A stretch of 64,000 bases of DNA from Acidimicrobiales bacterium (lineage in GTDB: Bacteria; Actinomycetota; Acidimicrobiia; Acidimicrobiales; SZUA-35): positions 1,727-65,726 of the forward strand of contig JAHDFH010000004.1 of the NCBI GenBank assembly GCA_020628305.1, read 5' to 3'. Made by a program: the position numbers and the translations under genes. Shown here piece after piece: positions 47,986-56,891 of the stretch. Under the pieces are notes generated by a model. It saw nothing but the letters and a program-made list of their open reading frames with translations. It ran no database searches and had not been told where the DNA came from. Numbering within the stretch: position 1 is the first letter of the stretch; the number at the start of each line of letters is the position of its first letter.

Positions 47986-49443
47986 GTGGTGGAAGTGTTC
48001 TTCCGGAATGGTGTTGGCAAGGTAGTGATCTTGCTTGCTGTGCTCGCTTTTTTCGCTGTTTTTGTTTACGCCTGTGGCGGTTCCGACGATTTAGGCACCA
48101 GTCCGGATGGGGTCGAAGTAGATCGCTCAAGTGATGGACTTGAGAACGGCCTGAATGGATCTGCCACGACGTTTCGAGGAAGTTCGCGGGAAAGTCAGTC
48201 GGCAAGTCAGGTGATTGTCTCAACCGATTACAGAACCAACCTTGCGCTTCTTAAAGCTGGGCCATATCGCAACACTAACCATGACGACAGCCCTTACGCT
48301 GATGTTCCATCGGATCAACTCAATCCGGAGGATCATTATGGTCCTCGGTCAGAGTATCTAAACGACCCTGGGGATAACCCAGAGCAAACATTTCCAGTAG
48401 CTTCCGGCGGCCAGTTTCGTGCCGGTTGTGAGTTTTCACACTTTGGCTACGACGATCCAATAGTGTTCCCAGATCAGCCAGGGGCAGCTCACCTTCACAT
48501 GTTCTTTGGCAACACCGACGTAAACGCGTATTCAACCTATGAGACTCTCATCAACTCAGGAAGCTCAACGTGTAATGGCCAGGAACTGAACAGAACTGGC
48601 TACTGGGCCCCAGCAATGTTTGATGGGCAAGGTAACGTTCGAATTCCTGAACGAATAGTGGTCTATTACAAAGGTGAGGGGTTAGCAAACGGTCGAGCTG
48701 AAGTTTTTCCTGAGCGTGCTGCAATGATTGCTAACCCTGCAATGACTCTAGAAGGCGATATCAACGCGATTGCCCCGAATGTTGGGGGCGCTGCCGGAAA
48801 ATCATCTTTTAAATGTTCTGACAATTTCTCGGGTCCTGAGAGCCCTGTTTCTAACACAATGATCAGCTGCGATGGGAATCGTTACACGATTGGTAACGCA
48901 GTAAATCGAACTGTCCTAGAGATGAATGTTAAGTTTCCTCAGTGCTGGAACGGTGAAGATCCGAGCGATCCTAGCAACTTCCGTATTCCCAGAGTCGGCG
49001 GCTGGTACTTTAGCGAGTGCGAAGAGGATCGTACGCTAGTTAACCTTGAGTACTTCATAAACTACGTCGTTGAGCCAGGGGAGAACACTGCAGATTGGTT
49101 CCTGTCTTCGGATGTTGATCCGATGAATTTCAATGTTGGCGCCAAAGGTGGCACGGTACATGCTGACTGGTGGGGTGGCTGGCACAAAGAGACCAATCAG
49201 CTCTTTATCGATAACTGCGTTAACAATAACTCATACAGCGGCTGCGGTTTTGGTTTCTTGACTAGTGGTGCGAATGGTGAAGATGGTCCAGCTCTGCAGT
49301 ATCGCCCACAATATGAGGGGCCAAACAAGGTGCCAGCAGCGGAGCTTTTCGAGGCACTCTGTCCTCAGGCTAAGCATTCTTATGACTTTGGCAATTCAGC
49401 CACGGCGGCCTACTGCACCCCAGCAGGACAAAACCACGGCTAG
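47986..49443 (+). CDS. Secreted/lipoprotein DUF1996-like protein
   Basis: Signal/lipobox AVFVYACGG. Motifs ..DDPIVFPDQPGAAHLHMFFGN.. and ..YWAPAM.. are typical of DUF1996 (from memory). Confidence 0.6.
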   Translation: MVEVFFRNGVGKVVILLAVLAFFAVFVYACGGSDDLGTSPDGVEVDRSSDGLENGLNGSATTFRGSSRESQSASQVIVSTDYRTNLALLKAGPYRNTNHDDSPYADVPSDQLNPEDHYGPRSEYLNDPGDNPEQTFPVASGGQFRAGCEFSHFGYDDPIVFPDQPGAAHLHMFFGNTDVNAYSTYETLINSGSSTCNGQELNRTGYWAPAMFDGQGNVRIPERIVVYYKGEGLANGRAEVFPERAAMIANPAMTLEGDINAIAPNVGGAAGKSSFKCSDNFSGPESPVSNTMISCDGNRYTIGNAVNRTVLEMNVKFPQCWNGEDPSDPSNFRIPRVGGWYFSECEEDRTLVNLEYFINYVVEPGENTADWFLSSDVDPMNFNVGAKGGTVHADWWGGWHKETNQLFIDNCVNNNSYSGCGFGFLTSGANGEDGPALQYRPQYEGPNKVPAAELFEALCPQAKHSYDFGNSATAAYCTPAGQNHG

Positions 49444-49454
49444 TCAGAGGCACC

Positions 49455-49517
49455 TTGGGGGACAGGTCCCAATGGTGCGCCAAGGAATGTTGGGGGACAG
49501 GTTCTAATGGTGCGCCA
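49455..49517. repeat. Two tandem 28-nt repeats (ttgggggacaggtYcYaatggtgcgcca), period 35 bp
   Basis: 49455-49482 versus 49490-49517: 26/28 identical. Confidence 0.9.
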
Positions 49518-49577
49518 TATGGCCACCAGCGGCGGTGGCCCGTCAGCGTCGGAGCTAGCGGCTAAGCTATAGGAGCT

Positions 49578-50162
49578 ATGACAAGCGGAGTAGTTGAAGA
49601 AACCGGCGAAGTTAAACAGCCATCAAAGCGGTCTATTTCTAATGCCGCCAAGTTACTCGCAGGTCCGATGTCGGCATATAGCGTGCTTGATCGTCTTGAT
49701 TCAGATGAATTGGTAAACATAGCCGCCGTAGCTGCTCAGCTTCAGTCAGAGCGGGCAGTTGCTCGTGGTGATCTGGATGAAATTATTGCCCAAGCCTTCG
49801 AGACTGGCTTCGGCAAAGACAACTTGGCTCATTTACCCTGGATTCATGAAGATGTACTTGTTTGTCCAGGTGGACTGGTGTGGAAGTCAAAGATGAGCCA
49901 CAACTGCCGTTTTGTCAGTATCAATAACACTTGGGTTTGGGACTGCCACGAACTCATTCGGGAAGACAAAAGATCTATCACCGGAACGAAAGACGGGTTC
50001 AGAGCTGTTGCGTTAGTGCCTGTGATTCAAGGCATGCAGGTTGATGCTGTAACGGCTAAAGCTAGGGCGGGACAGCATTCAATGGACAAAGTCATCTCTT
50101 ATGAGATTCGTTCAGGCGAGTTGGTTGAGGTCTCGCAGCGACAGGTCTCAGCAGATCACTAA
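49578..50162 (+). CDS. Hypothetical protein
   Basis: 194-aa ORF with no motif recognised. Its stop lies 1 nt from the convergent kup stop. Confidence 0.5.
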   Translation: MTSGVVEETGEVKQPSKRSISNAAKLLAGPMSAYSVLDRLDSDELVNIAAVAAQLQSERAVARGDLDEIIAQAFETGFGKDNLAHLPWIHEDVLVCPGGLVWKSKMSHNCRFVSINNTWVWDCHELIREDKRSITGTKDGFRAVALVPVIQGMQVDAVTAKARAGQHSMDKVISYEIRSGELVEVSQRQVSADH

Positions 50163-50163
50163 C

Positions 50164-52047
50164 TTATAGCTCTATATGCTGACCAGATTGGGTTGTCTTG
50201 TCGATAGGTAGACCAAAGTAGCGGCTGGCGGAAGTGGTGTTGCGGTAGGTGAAAACGAACAGCTTCTCACGCCATTTAGCCATACCTGGTTTATCGGTCA
50301 CAACAATAGCTTCCCGACCAATGAAGTAGTCAAGATAATCGACGTTCAGGGTTGAGTGTTCGCCGATCGCTTTCGCCACATCGATCTTTTCGCGGTATCC
50401 ATAATGCAAATTCATTTTGTGGAATCCGTGGCGTAGCTCTTCTTGGCGCAACCTTGCAGCTTCGAGAACTGTCGGAGTTCCTTCAACGACAATGGTTAGT
50501 AGATAGACATGTTCGGGAAGGACCTTATGGTGACGCAAGTCTGAGATAAGGGCTGGCGGGATAATTTCAGCTTCACCGGACAGGTAAACGCCGTAGGTGC
50601 CTTCGGTCCGTTGCACATCCTTAGTGTCCAGAGTCTCGATAAATTTGTCTAGGGGCACTGCGCCTTGGCGAAGTCGTTCACGAATGAGCTCTCTGCCTCG
50701 ATGCCATGTCAGCATCAGGATCAGCAGCGCTGTTCCAACAATTAGTGGGAACCAACCACCTGATGGGATCTTTGGAACGTTCGCTCCAAAGAAAGCAACA
50801 TCGACTACGAAGATTGGAAGCATAATTGCAATAGCTTTCGGCAAGCTCCAGCCAAGTATCTTCTGGGAAACTACAAAGAACAATGTGCTGGAGACGATCA
50901 TTGAGATAGTTACTGCAATTCCATAGGCAGCAGCGAGGTTTGAAGCTTTCTGGAAGCCGATAACTAGGCCGACACTTGCGACCATAAGAGCCCAGTTCAC
51001 AGCAGGAACATAGATTTGGCCTTGCTCTTGATCTGAAGTGTGAATAATTCTGAGCCTTGGCAGGTATTGCAAACGAACAGCTTGGAGCGTCATTGAAAAT
51101 GCTCCAGAAATGAGCGCTTGCGAGGCAATGATTGTGGCCACAGTAGCCAGGATGACGAGCGGCCATCTGCCCCATTCAGGTGCCAGAAGGAAGAAGGGGT
51201 TCTCATCTTCAATATTCTGAAGGGTTAGAGCGTTATTGATGATGTAGGCACCTTGGCCAAAGTAGTTCAGAAGTAGTCCTGGCATCACGAACATAAACCA
51301 GCTCTGGCCAATAGGTTTGCGTCCGAAGTGGCCAAGGTCGGCGTACAAGGCTTCGCCGCCGGTAACCACCAGGAAGATCGAGCCGAGAGCAATATAGCCT
51401 GTCCACTGGTTCTCTAAGAAGAACTCAACAGCATATGTTGGACTGACAGCTCGGAGAATTTCAGGCGAGTCAAGGATTTGTAGCACGCCAAGCAGGCCGA
51501 GGGTTGAGAACCATAGCACCATTACTGGGCCGAAGATTCCACCAATCTTGGCGGTGCCTTTCCGTTGGACACTAAACAATCCGACGAGAATAGCAACAGC
51601 AATTGGCACGGTGTAATTCTCTAGAGTTTCAGCTTGGTCACCCATGCCTTCGGCGGCGGCCAGAACTGAAATAGCCGGTGTGATCATGCCATCACCGTAG
51701 ATGAGAGCTGTTCCGAAGATGCCAAGACCAACTAGCAGCATGCCGATTTTTCCATACTGTTTCGGGTTGCCTAATAGTGCAGTAAGGGCAAGCTCTCCGC
51801 CTTCGCCGTTGTTATTGGCTCGAAGAATGAACAACAAGTATTTGATGCATATAACGATGATTAGTGCCCAAGTGACCAGCGAAAGGATACCAAGAACGTT
51901 CTCTTCGCTAGGTGCAACTTCGGAGAAATGAAAGGTTTCTCTAAGCGCATACAGAGGGCTTGTTCCAATGTCACCGAAGACCACGCCTAAAGCCGTGATC
52001 GCCAGGGCCATAGAACCGCTCTTCTGGGCATTGTGTTTGCTAGACAT
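50164..52047 (-). CDS. kup: Kup/HAK/KT potassium uptake transporter
   Basis: Signature ALGVVFGDIGTSPLYAL, 12 TM plus cytoplasmic C-terminal domain, 627 aa. Confidence 0.93.
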   Translation of the reverse strand: MSSKHNAQKSGSMALAITALGVVFGDIGTSPLYALRETFHFSEVAPSEENVLGILSLVTWALIIVICIKYLLFILRANNNGEGGELALTALLGNPKQYGKIGMLLVGLGIFGTALIYGDGMITPAISVLAAAEGMGDQAETLENYTVPIAVAILVGLFSVQRKGTAKIGGIFGPVMVLWFSTLGLLGVLQILDSPEILRAVSPTYAVEFFLENQWTGYIALGSIFLVVTGGEALYADLGHFGRKPIGQSWFMFVMPGLLLNYFGQGAYIINNALTLQNIEDENPFFLLAPEWGRWPLVILATVATIIASQALISGAFSMTLQAVRLQYLPRLRIIHTSDQEQGQIYVPAVNWALMVASVGLVIGFQKASNLAAAYGIAVTISMIVSSTLFFVVSQKILGWSLPKAIAIMLPIFVVDVAFFGANVPKIPSGGWFPLIVGTALLILMLTWHRGRELIRERLRQGAVPLDKFIETLDTKDVQRTEGTYGVYLSGEAEIIPPALISDLRHHKVLPEHVYLLTIVVEGTPTVLEAARLRQEELRHGFHKMNLHYGYREKIDVAKAIGEHSTLNVDYLDYFIGREAIVVTDKPGMAKWREKLFVFTYRNTTSASRYFGLPIDKTTQSGQHIEL

Positions 52048-52096
52048 ATCTATCTTCTACTTCGGCGGCTCCACTCCAAGAATAAGTGTTTCTAAT

Positions 52097-52123
52097 ACGG
52101 TAGGGACGGTCCTATCCGATTTT
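52097..52123. repeat. 27-nt type-2 repeat, copy 2 (acggtagggacggtcctatccgatttt)
   Basis: 25/27 identical to 46384-46410. Confidence 0.85.
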
Positions 52124-52140
52124 TGTGGAGACCATCATGA

Positions 52141-52165
52141 ACACTAGGGACCGTACTACTCGTCC
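52141..52165. repeat. GGGAC-core hairpin repeat, R-type copy (acactagggaccgtactactcgtcc)
   Basis: 22/25 identical to 56704-56728. Confidence 0.75.
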
Positions 52166-52230
52166 ACCCAGTCGGTGTTACTAACTCAGTTTGGGTTAGC
52201 TGGCTAGTCCTGCCCCTTCAACAGGGGGGA

Positions 52231-52257
52231 CCACCTAGACCTGTCCCCGAACGTTCC
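52231..52257. repeat. Inverted, diverged copy of the 49.5-kb repeat (rc = ggaacgttcggggacaggtctaggtgg)
   Basis: Shares GGAAYGTTSGGGGACAGGT with 49484-49502 in the opposite orientation. Forms a ggggac/gtcccc hairpin just downstream of dcd. Confidence 0.6.
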
Positions 52258-52266
52258 TTTTGTGGA

Positions 52267-52827
52267 TTAGAAGTTTTCCCAGTAGCGGGAGGGACGAGGA
52301 CCTTGTTGGCCTTGGTACTTTGAACCAAGAAGCTCAGCGCCGTATGGGTTCTCCGCTGGGGAGCTCATTTGCATAAAGCTGATCTGGCCAATTCGCATAC
52401 CTGGGTAAAGAGTTATTGGCAGGCTGGCAACGTTAGAGAACTCTAGAGTTAGCTGCCCATTCCAGCCGGCGTCGACGAAGCCTGCGGTTGAGTGAATGAG
52501 TAGACCTAGGCGTCCCAAGCTTGACTTGCCCTCTATGCGGCCAACTAAGTCATCGGGAAGCGCAACCCGTTCTAGGGTTGATCCAAGAACAAACTCGCCG
52601 GGATGGAGGATGAATGGATCCATCTCGGACGCTTCAACATTAGTAGTGAGTGAACTCAAGTCCTTCTTGACATCAATGTGACTCATTGTGTGATTTTTGA
52701 AGACGATGAAGCGATGATCGAGGTGAACATCAACCGATGATGGTTGAACCGCCTTTGGCTCATAGGGGTCGATCTCTATGAGTCCCCGTTTGATCTGGGT
52801 CTTTATTTCTCTATCAGAAAGAATCAC
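52267..52827 (-). CDS. dcd: dCTP deaminase (dUTPase-fold)
   Basis: MILSDREI N-terminus, ..QPSSVD..L.., ..GRIEGKSSLGRLGL..H.TAGFVD.GW.G..TLE. Confidence 0.92.
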   Translation of the reverse strand: MILSDREIKTQIKRGLIEIDPYEPKAVQPSSVDVHLDHRFIVFKNHTMSHIDVKKDLSSLTTNVEASEMDPFILHPGEFVLGSTLERVALPDDLVGRIEGKSSLGRLGLLIHSTAGFVDAGWNGQLTLEFSNVASLPITLYPGMRIGQISFMQMSSPAENPYGAELLGSKYQGQQGPRPSRYWENF

Positions 52828-52836
52828 ATCACCAGC

Positions 52837-53751
52837 TTAGTCGGCCTCGGCCAGCGTCTCCACTTGATCACGCCACTCTTTGAGTAGCTGAATGTGGTCT
52901 GGGCCTATGCCGCAGCAGCCACCGATGATTGAGGCGCCGAGTTCTGACCAGATTCTTGCATGCTCAACGTAGCCACGAGCGGTGACATCTTGACGCATTG
53001 GAGTCAAACCTTCATCGTCATCAGGAAGTGAGTTGTCAAAAGCGTTAGCATAAGCGCCAAACCTAGTCGAAGTGTGTTGAAATCGTTTAGCCAAGCCAGC
53101 CAGAGCTACGGTCGCAACTTCTGGTTTTGAACAGTTGATGAGCACGGCATCAACTTTGCCGCTAACTGCTCGACAAACTTGGGAGATAGATTCACCGCTG
53201 TGCAATACGGCTTTGCCATCCACCAGTTCATCAGAAAGAGAGAAACTTGCCCAGTATGGCTTTGTGGAGTTTTGAAAGCGTTTTGTGGAGTCATAGCACA
53301 CTTCAAACTCTTCAATGCTGCCGATCGTCTCTTGTAACCATAAGTCGCAGTACTCATCTTGTGCTCGAACCAGGGTCTGCCAGTACCCCGGGGCAGTTGC
53401 GGGATTGAATTTTTGCGGTTCGTATGAGCCAAACAGCGGCGGTAAACAGCCAGCTACACGCACAACGGTGTCTGCTTCTTCAGCAGCGGCAAGGGCAATC
53501 TGAGCCGCTAGTTCTGTGAGTTCGTAACCTTCTTTGTCGAAACGCTCCTCAAGCGTGTCTGGAACAATGCTGTAGGCGTTGGTTGTAATCACATCGGCTC
53601 CGGCGCAGATGAAATTTGCGTGAGCCTGAGCCACGAACTCAGGCGCCTTCATCAGGGCAAGTGCAGACCATTCAGGGTCTCGAAAGGGTGCTCCCATGGA
53701 TTTGAGCTCTCGACCCATTCCACCATCTAGCAATGTGAACAAACTAGTCAT
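52837..53751 (-). CDS. Homocysteine S-methyltransferase family protein
   Basis: LLDGGMG.EL N-terminus, TNAY, Zn-binding Cys (..INCS.. and GGCCGIGPDHI). Confidence 0.85.
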   Translation of the reverse strand: MTSLFTLLDGGMGRELKSMGAPFRDPEWSALALMKAPEFVAQAHANFICAGADVITTNAYSIVPDTLEERFDKEGYELTELAAQIALAAAEEADTVVRVAGCLPPLFGSYEPQKFNPATAPGYWQTLVRAQDEYCDLWLQETIGSIEEFEVCYDSTKRFQNSTKPYWASFSLSDELVDGKAVLHSGESISQVCRAVSGKVDAVLINCSKPEVATVALAGLAKRFQHTSTRFGAYANAFDNSLPDDDEGLTPMRQDVTARGYVEHARIWSELGASIIGGCCGIGPDHIQLLKEWRDQVETLAEAD

Positions 53752-54024
53752 TGATGCTTCCGGCGAAGTTCATAACTTAATCATCTTATCGGTAATCTGT
53801 TGGCGATAGGGGTCGTACCAATGCGAAACGAAAAGCATGTAGGGGTGATTCCCTGGTGTCGAAATGTAGACACAGAATAGGCTCTTGGGAATGAGTCGCA
53901 AGCCAACTTCGGCCAGCATTCTAGGGAGAATAGTGGTGAAATATCCAGGAGGTACAAGTAAGGTTGGGCGCTCTGCAACACAAGACCCGATTAGTGTTAA
54001 GTGATAACAAATGACGTTAAGTTC

Positions 54025-54051
54025 GGACGGGTAGTACCGTCCCCAGTGTCC
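54025..54051. repeat. Left 27-bp inverted repeat (ggacgggtagtaccgtccccagtgtcc), containing a GGACGG/CCGTCC hairpin
   Basis: Exact reverse complement of 56702-56728. Confidence 0.95.
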
Positions 54052-54080
54052 GGCGTGGGGCGGCCTCCGTTACACTAAAA

Positions 54081-55403
54081 GTGATGGTGGACAATGACGA
54101 GCTGGCGGAGCGGTGGAAGAGTTACAGAGAGGTTTTGAACGAGCTCATTGCCACTCTTAGGTTTGCTCAGAAGTTAGGTTTCGATGTTTCGACGCACCTA
54201 GATCTACTGCATTCTCCTGAAGAGGTGACGAAGCAACAATTGCCTGAAATCAACGTCCTGCCTGTTTGTGCTGATAAGGGTGGCGAAGTTCGACAGCACA
54301 CCCAATGGCCGGCAGAAGAACTTGCGCCACCAGATTTTGAAGACTTGCTTCGTAGATCTTCTGAGCTAGTTGGATACTTGCAAGAAGTTATGGCTGGTCT
54401 GGCTGCGGAGTGTTTCGATTACATTGAGTATCTAAGCCTTGCTGAATCGAAGATCCCACCATTTGAAGCTTTTTGTTTCGAGATGGGAACCCTGCAGCGG
54501 GGGCTTAGAGAGCGGATGGCGAGCCATAGTGTCTTTAAAGCCGCTTACACTACCCTAGCGGAAAGGTTCGTGGCGAAGATCGAGCAGACTTGGGCTGACT
54601 ATAAGATTGTACTTCACTGGCTAGAATCAAACTGCCAAAACTCACTCAATGAACAAACGAGTGAATGGGTCGCAGAGGTCATCGCTCGGCTAGAAGACCT
54701 CTATCTACTTCTTGTTCCTCAAGGGAAGCTGCGACGTGTCCCTATGCTTAGCTCCGATGTTGCTGCGTCGTTAGACTTTGATGATTTGTGGTGGCTGATT
54801 AACCCCACTGGTTCGGCTTTAGATGTGATCGTGAGGATCCAGGAGATTGAGCGGGAGGCAGGACCCGCCCTGTCTGAACCGGAACTAGAAAGGCTCTTAG
54901 AGGTCGAGGACGCATTGTGTGAAGCGAAAAGAGGCACTATCGAGCTGCAGTTACACAACCGGACACCGGCCGCAGATAAGTTGGAGGCAGCACGCGAACA
55001 ACGTGATGAACTTTGGCAACATGTGCAGCGGTTCAGTTCATCTTGCCCAAGGGATGCAACGGCAGAGCTATTGTTAAAGAGTTTGGGTGCAGAGCTGGAA
55101 GAGCTAAACCTTGTTGAGGAGCGCTACGGTGTCAGAACCCTCTACCGTGAACCGTTCGAGGTGAGTGAGGCGATTGAACCGTCCTTTCGAGACTCTTTGG
55201 CGGCTCTCCACTTGGCGATTAGATATGAGGTGGCAGCACTAGATGAACTTGAGCGGGAGCGTGGGTCTTTAGACGAGACAGCGCTGGCCATTCAAGAGCT
55301 CATTGGGCAAACTTGGCGAGGCATTGTTCAGCAGCCAAGGGTAATCCCACCACCCCAAACATCGAATCCAAACAGGCCTGAACAAGGTCCTCCAACGGTA
55401 TAG
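54081..55403 (+). CDS. Orphan acidic, predicted all-helical protein with a Pro-rich C-terminal tail
   Basis: 440-aa ORF, E/L/A-rich, no recognisable domain; first gene inside the IR-bounded segment. Confidence 0.6.
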   Translation: MMVDNDELAERWKSYREVLNELIATLRFAQKLGFDVSTHLDLLHSPEEVTKQQLPEINVLPVCADKGGEVRQHTQWPAEELAPPDFEDLLRRSSELVGYLQEVMAGLAAECFDYIEYLSLAESKIPPFEAFCFEMGTLQRGLRERMASHSVFKAAYTTLAERFVAKIEQTWADYKIVLHWLESNCQNSLNEQTSEWVAEVIARLEDLYLLLVPQGKLRRVPMLSSDVAASLDFDDLWWLINPTGSALDVIVRIQEIEREAGPALSEPELERLLEVEDALCEAKRGTIELQLHNRTPAADKLEAAREQRDELWQHVQRFSSSCPRDATAELLLKSLGAELEELNLVEERYGVRTLYREPFEVSEAIEPSFRDSLAALHLAIRYEVAALDELERERGSLDETALAIQELIGQTWRGIVQQPRVIPPPQTSNPNRPEQGPPTV

Positions 55404-55444
55404 CTCGAGCATTATTTCCACCATTGTGGATGTAAAGTTGTGAT

Positions 55445-55567
55445 ATGGCGGAGAGTTCGTTGCCTGACGTTGAAACCGAGTACAGCAGGTTAATTGTTTT
55501 ACTGTTGCAGGACGTCAACCAATTGGCAGGGCTTCAATTGGATGTTCAGTCACTTTTGATGAAGTGA
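55445..55567 (+). CDS. Possible 40-aa micro-ORF translationally coupled to the next gene
   Basis: My translation: MAESSLPDVETEYSRLIVLLLQDVNQLAGLQLDVQSLLMK. Its TGA overlaps the GTG start at 55564 (GTGA). Confidence 0.35.
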   Translation: MAESSLPDVETEYSRLIVLLLQDVNQLAGLQLDVQSLLMK

Positions 55568-56220
55568 TCAAGCTGCCGTTAGCTGAAGGTCTTTGGCCGA
55601 GAGCTCAGATCGAGTCATCTCCGGCACTTAGGTTGATATCAGCTGAGCAGCTAGTGAAGCCTGGTGAACCGTGGCCAATTTATGGTGAGAGTGTGGAATC
55701 GGTTTCGAGTGTTTTCGACCGGATTTACAAGACATTGGGTGGCCTAACCGTAGTGTCGCACCGTGAATACTTCTATTCTGATTCTGATTCCAATGAGACA
55801 GCCCAAGAGGCCAATATGCTTTTAGGCTTTATCAGTAATGCTGTAGATGAGATACGAGGAAATTTAGCAAAGTCTGGTGAGGCCGATCAATTAGTATTCG
55901 CCGATCTGCTCGCTTCTTGGGCTTTCAGTACAGAGATTGTACACATTCGTGCTTCATCTGATAGAGAGGGTGACACTGCCTTTCTCACCTGGCTCGCTAG
56001 TAGCAAAGAGTTGTTAGACCGCATTTATGACACCCTTGATATTTCAAAGCCTAACTTTGGGATTTCCAAGGGGCTCCGAAGAGGAGTTAAGAATCTACCT
56101 ATTGAGGAGCTGCTCTCACTAGTCAACCCTGAGTTCGAACTTGCAGAGATTATTGAAGCAGTCGGGTTTATCGCTTTACTCGAAGAGGACCAAGAAGCGC
56201 AGCTTTGGGTGAGTGGATAG
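55564..56220 (+). CDS. Orphan hypothetical protein
   Basis: 218-aa ORF, acidic, no recognisable domain. Confidence 0.55.
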   Translation: MIKLPLAEGLWPRAQIESSPALRLISAEQLVKPGEPWPIYGESVESVSSVFDRIYKTLGGLTVVSHREYFYSDSDSNETAQEANMLLGFISNAVDEIRGNLAKSGEADQLVFADLLASWAFSTEIVHIRASSDREGDTAFLTWLASSKELLDRIYDTLDISKPNFGISKGLRRGVKNLPIEELLSLVNPEFELAEIIEAVGFIALLEEDQEAQLWVSG

Positions 56221-56702
56221 TTGAAGCCAAGGGTCATTCCGAGGCTAGGTCACATGGTAGCGAGCCTCAGATTGCAGCGTACTCAGAGTTACTTCATTCT
56301 TTGCATCCGATGATCATCAATCACATTACTCAAATTACACCGCCAACAGAATTGAGAACGTACGAGATAATTCAACAACGTGCCGTAATCCAAGAGAAGC
56401 TTATTACTGCCGAGAAAAGTTTGGGAGTTAAAAGAGACCATGTGTTTTCAGATTCGTGCGAGTGGGATTTTGAGCTACCAATGACTGAGTCGCTGCCGGA
56501 GCTTCTCGAACGCTTTGAGCTGCTAGCCAGAATACAAATAGCTAACCTTGCACAGGCGGGTTGTGATGTTAGAGACGCCCGAATTGGTCTCGTACAGTTC
56601 AGAAACTTCAGAATCAAGTTCAACGCCCCGTTCAGTAACCCCCAAGCGATTAGTGGCTTTAAGCTAGAGCCTCCTGATCAGGGGCAAGGCCCTACCCGTT
56701 AG
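56205..56702 (+). CDS. Orphan hypothetical protein with a Pro/Gly/Gln-rich tail
   Basis: 165-aa ORF overlapping the previous gene by 16 nt (TTG start, uncertain). The stop codon abuts the right inverted repeat. Confidence 0.5.
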   Translation: MGEWIVEAKGHSEARSHGSEPQIAAYSELLHSLHPMIINHITQITPPTELRTYEIIQQRAVIQEKLITAEKSLGVKRDHVFSDSCEWDFELPMTESLPELLERFELLARIQIANLAQAGCDVRDARIGLVQFRNFRIKFNAPFSNPQAISGFKLEPPDQGQGPTR

Positions 56703-56728
56703 GACACTGGGGACGGTACTACCCGTCC
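56702..56728. repeat. Right 27-bp inverted repeat (ggacactggggacggtactacccgtcc)
   Basis: Exact reverse complement of 54025-54051. Confidence 0.95.
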
Positions 56729-56891
56729 GCAGTTGTTGGCAGTTAGTACTATTTCAGTGCAAATAGTCGCTCCCAGAGCTTGTTCAGCATCTTTTATTGC
56801 GGTTTCGTGAAAGCCTAGTTTGGCCGGATATGTCATGTTCCCTGGTGCGTCTCAAGTCTTGTCAGCATAAATATGGCAGAAAGAAGCGAAG

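Noticed and set aside
53752-54024. The 270-nt leader upstream of the homocysteine S-methyltransferase gene as a SAM or other methionine-related riboswitch; also the 66-aa ORF at 53781-53981(-).
   Set aside because: The reverse-strand sequence does not show the SAM-I core (no ..CUUAUCAAGAG..GGCCCGAUGA.. pattern), and I cannot match SAM-IV or SAM-II from memory. The ORF is Cys/Pro/Phe-rich and has no start context. An Rfam scan would settle this.
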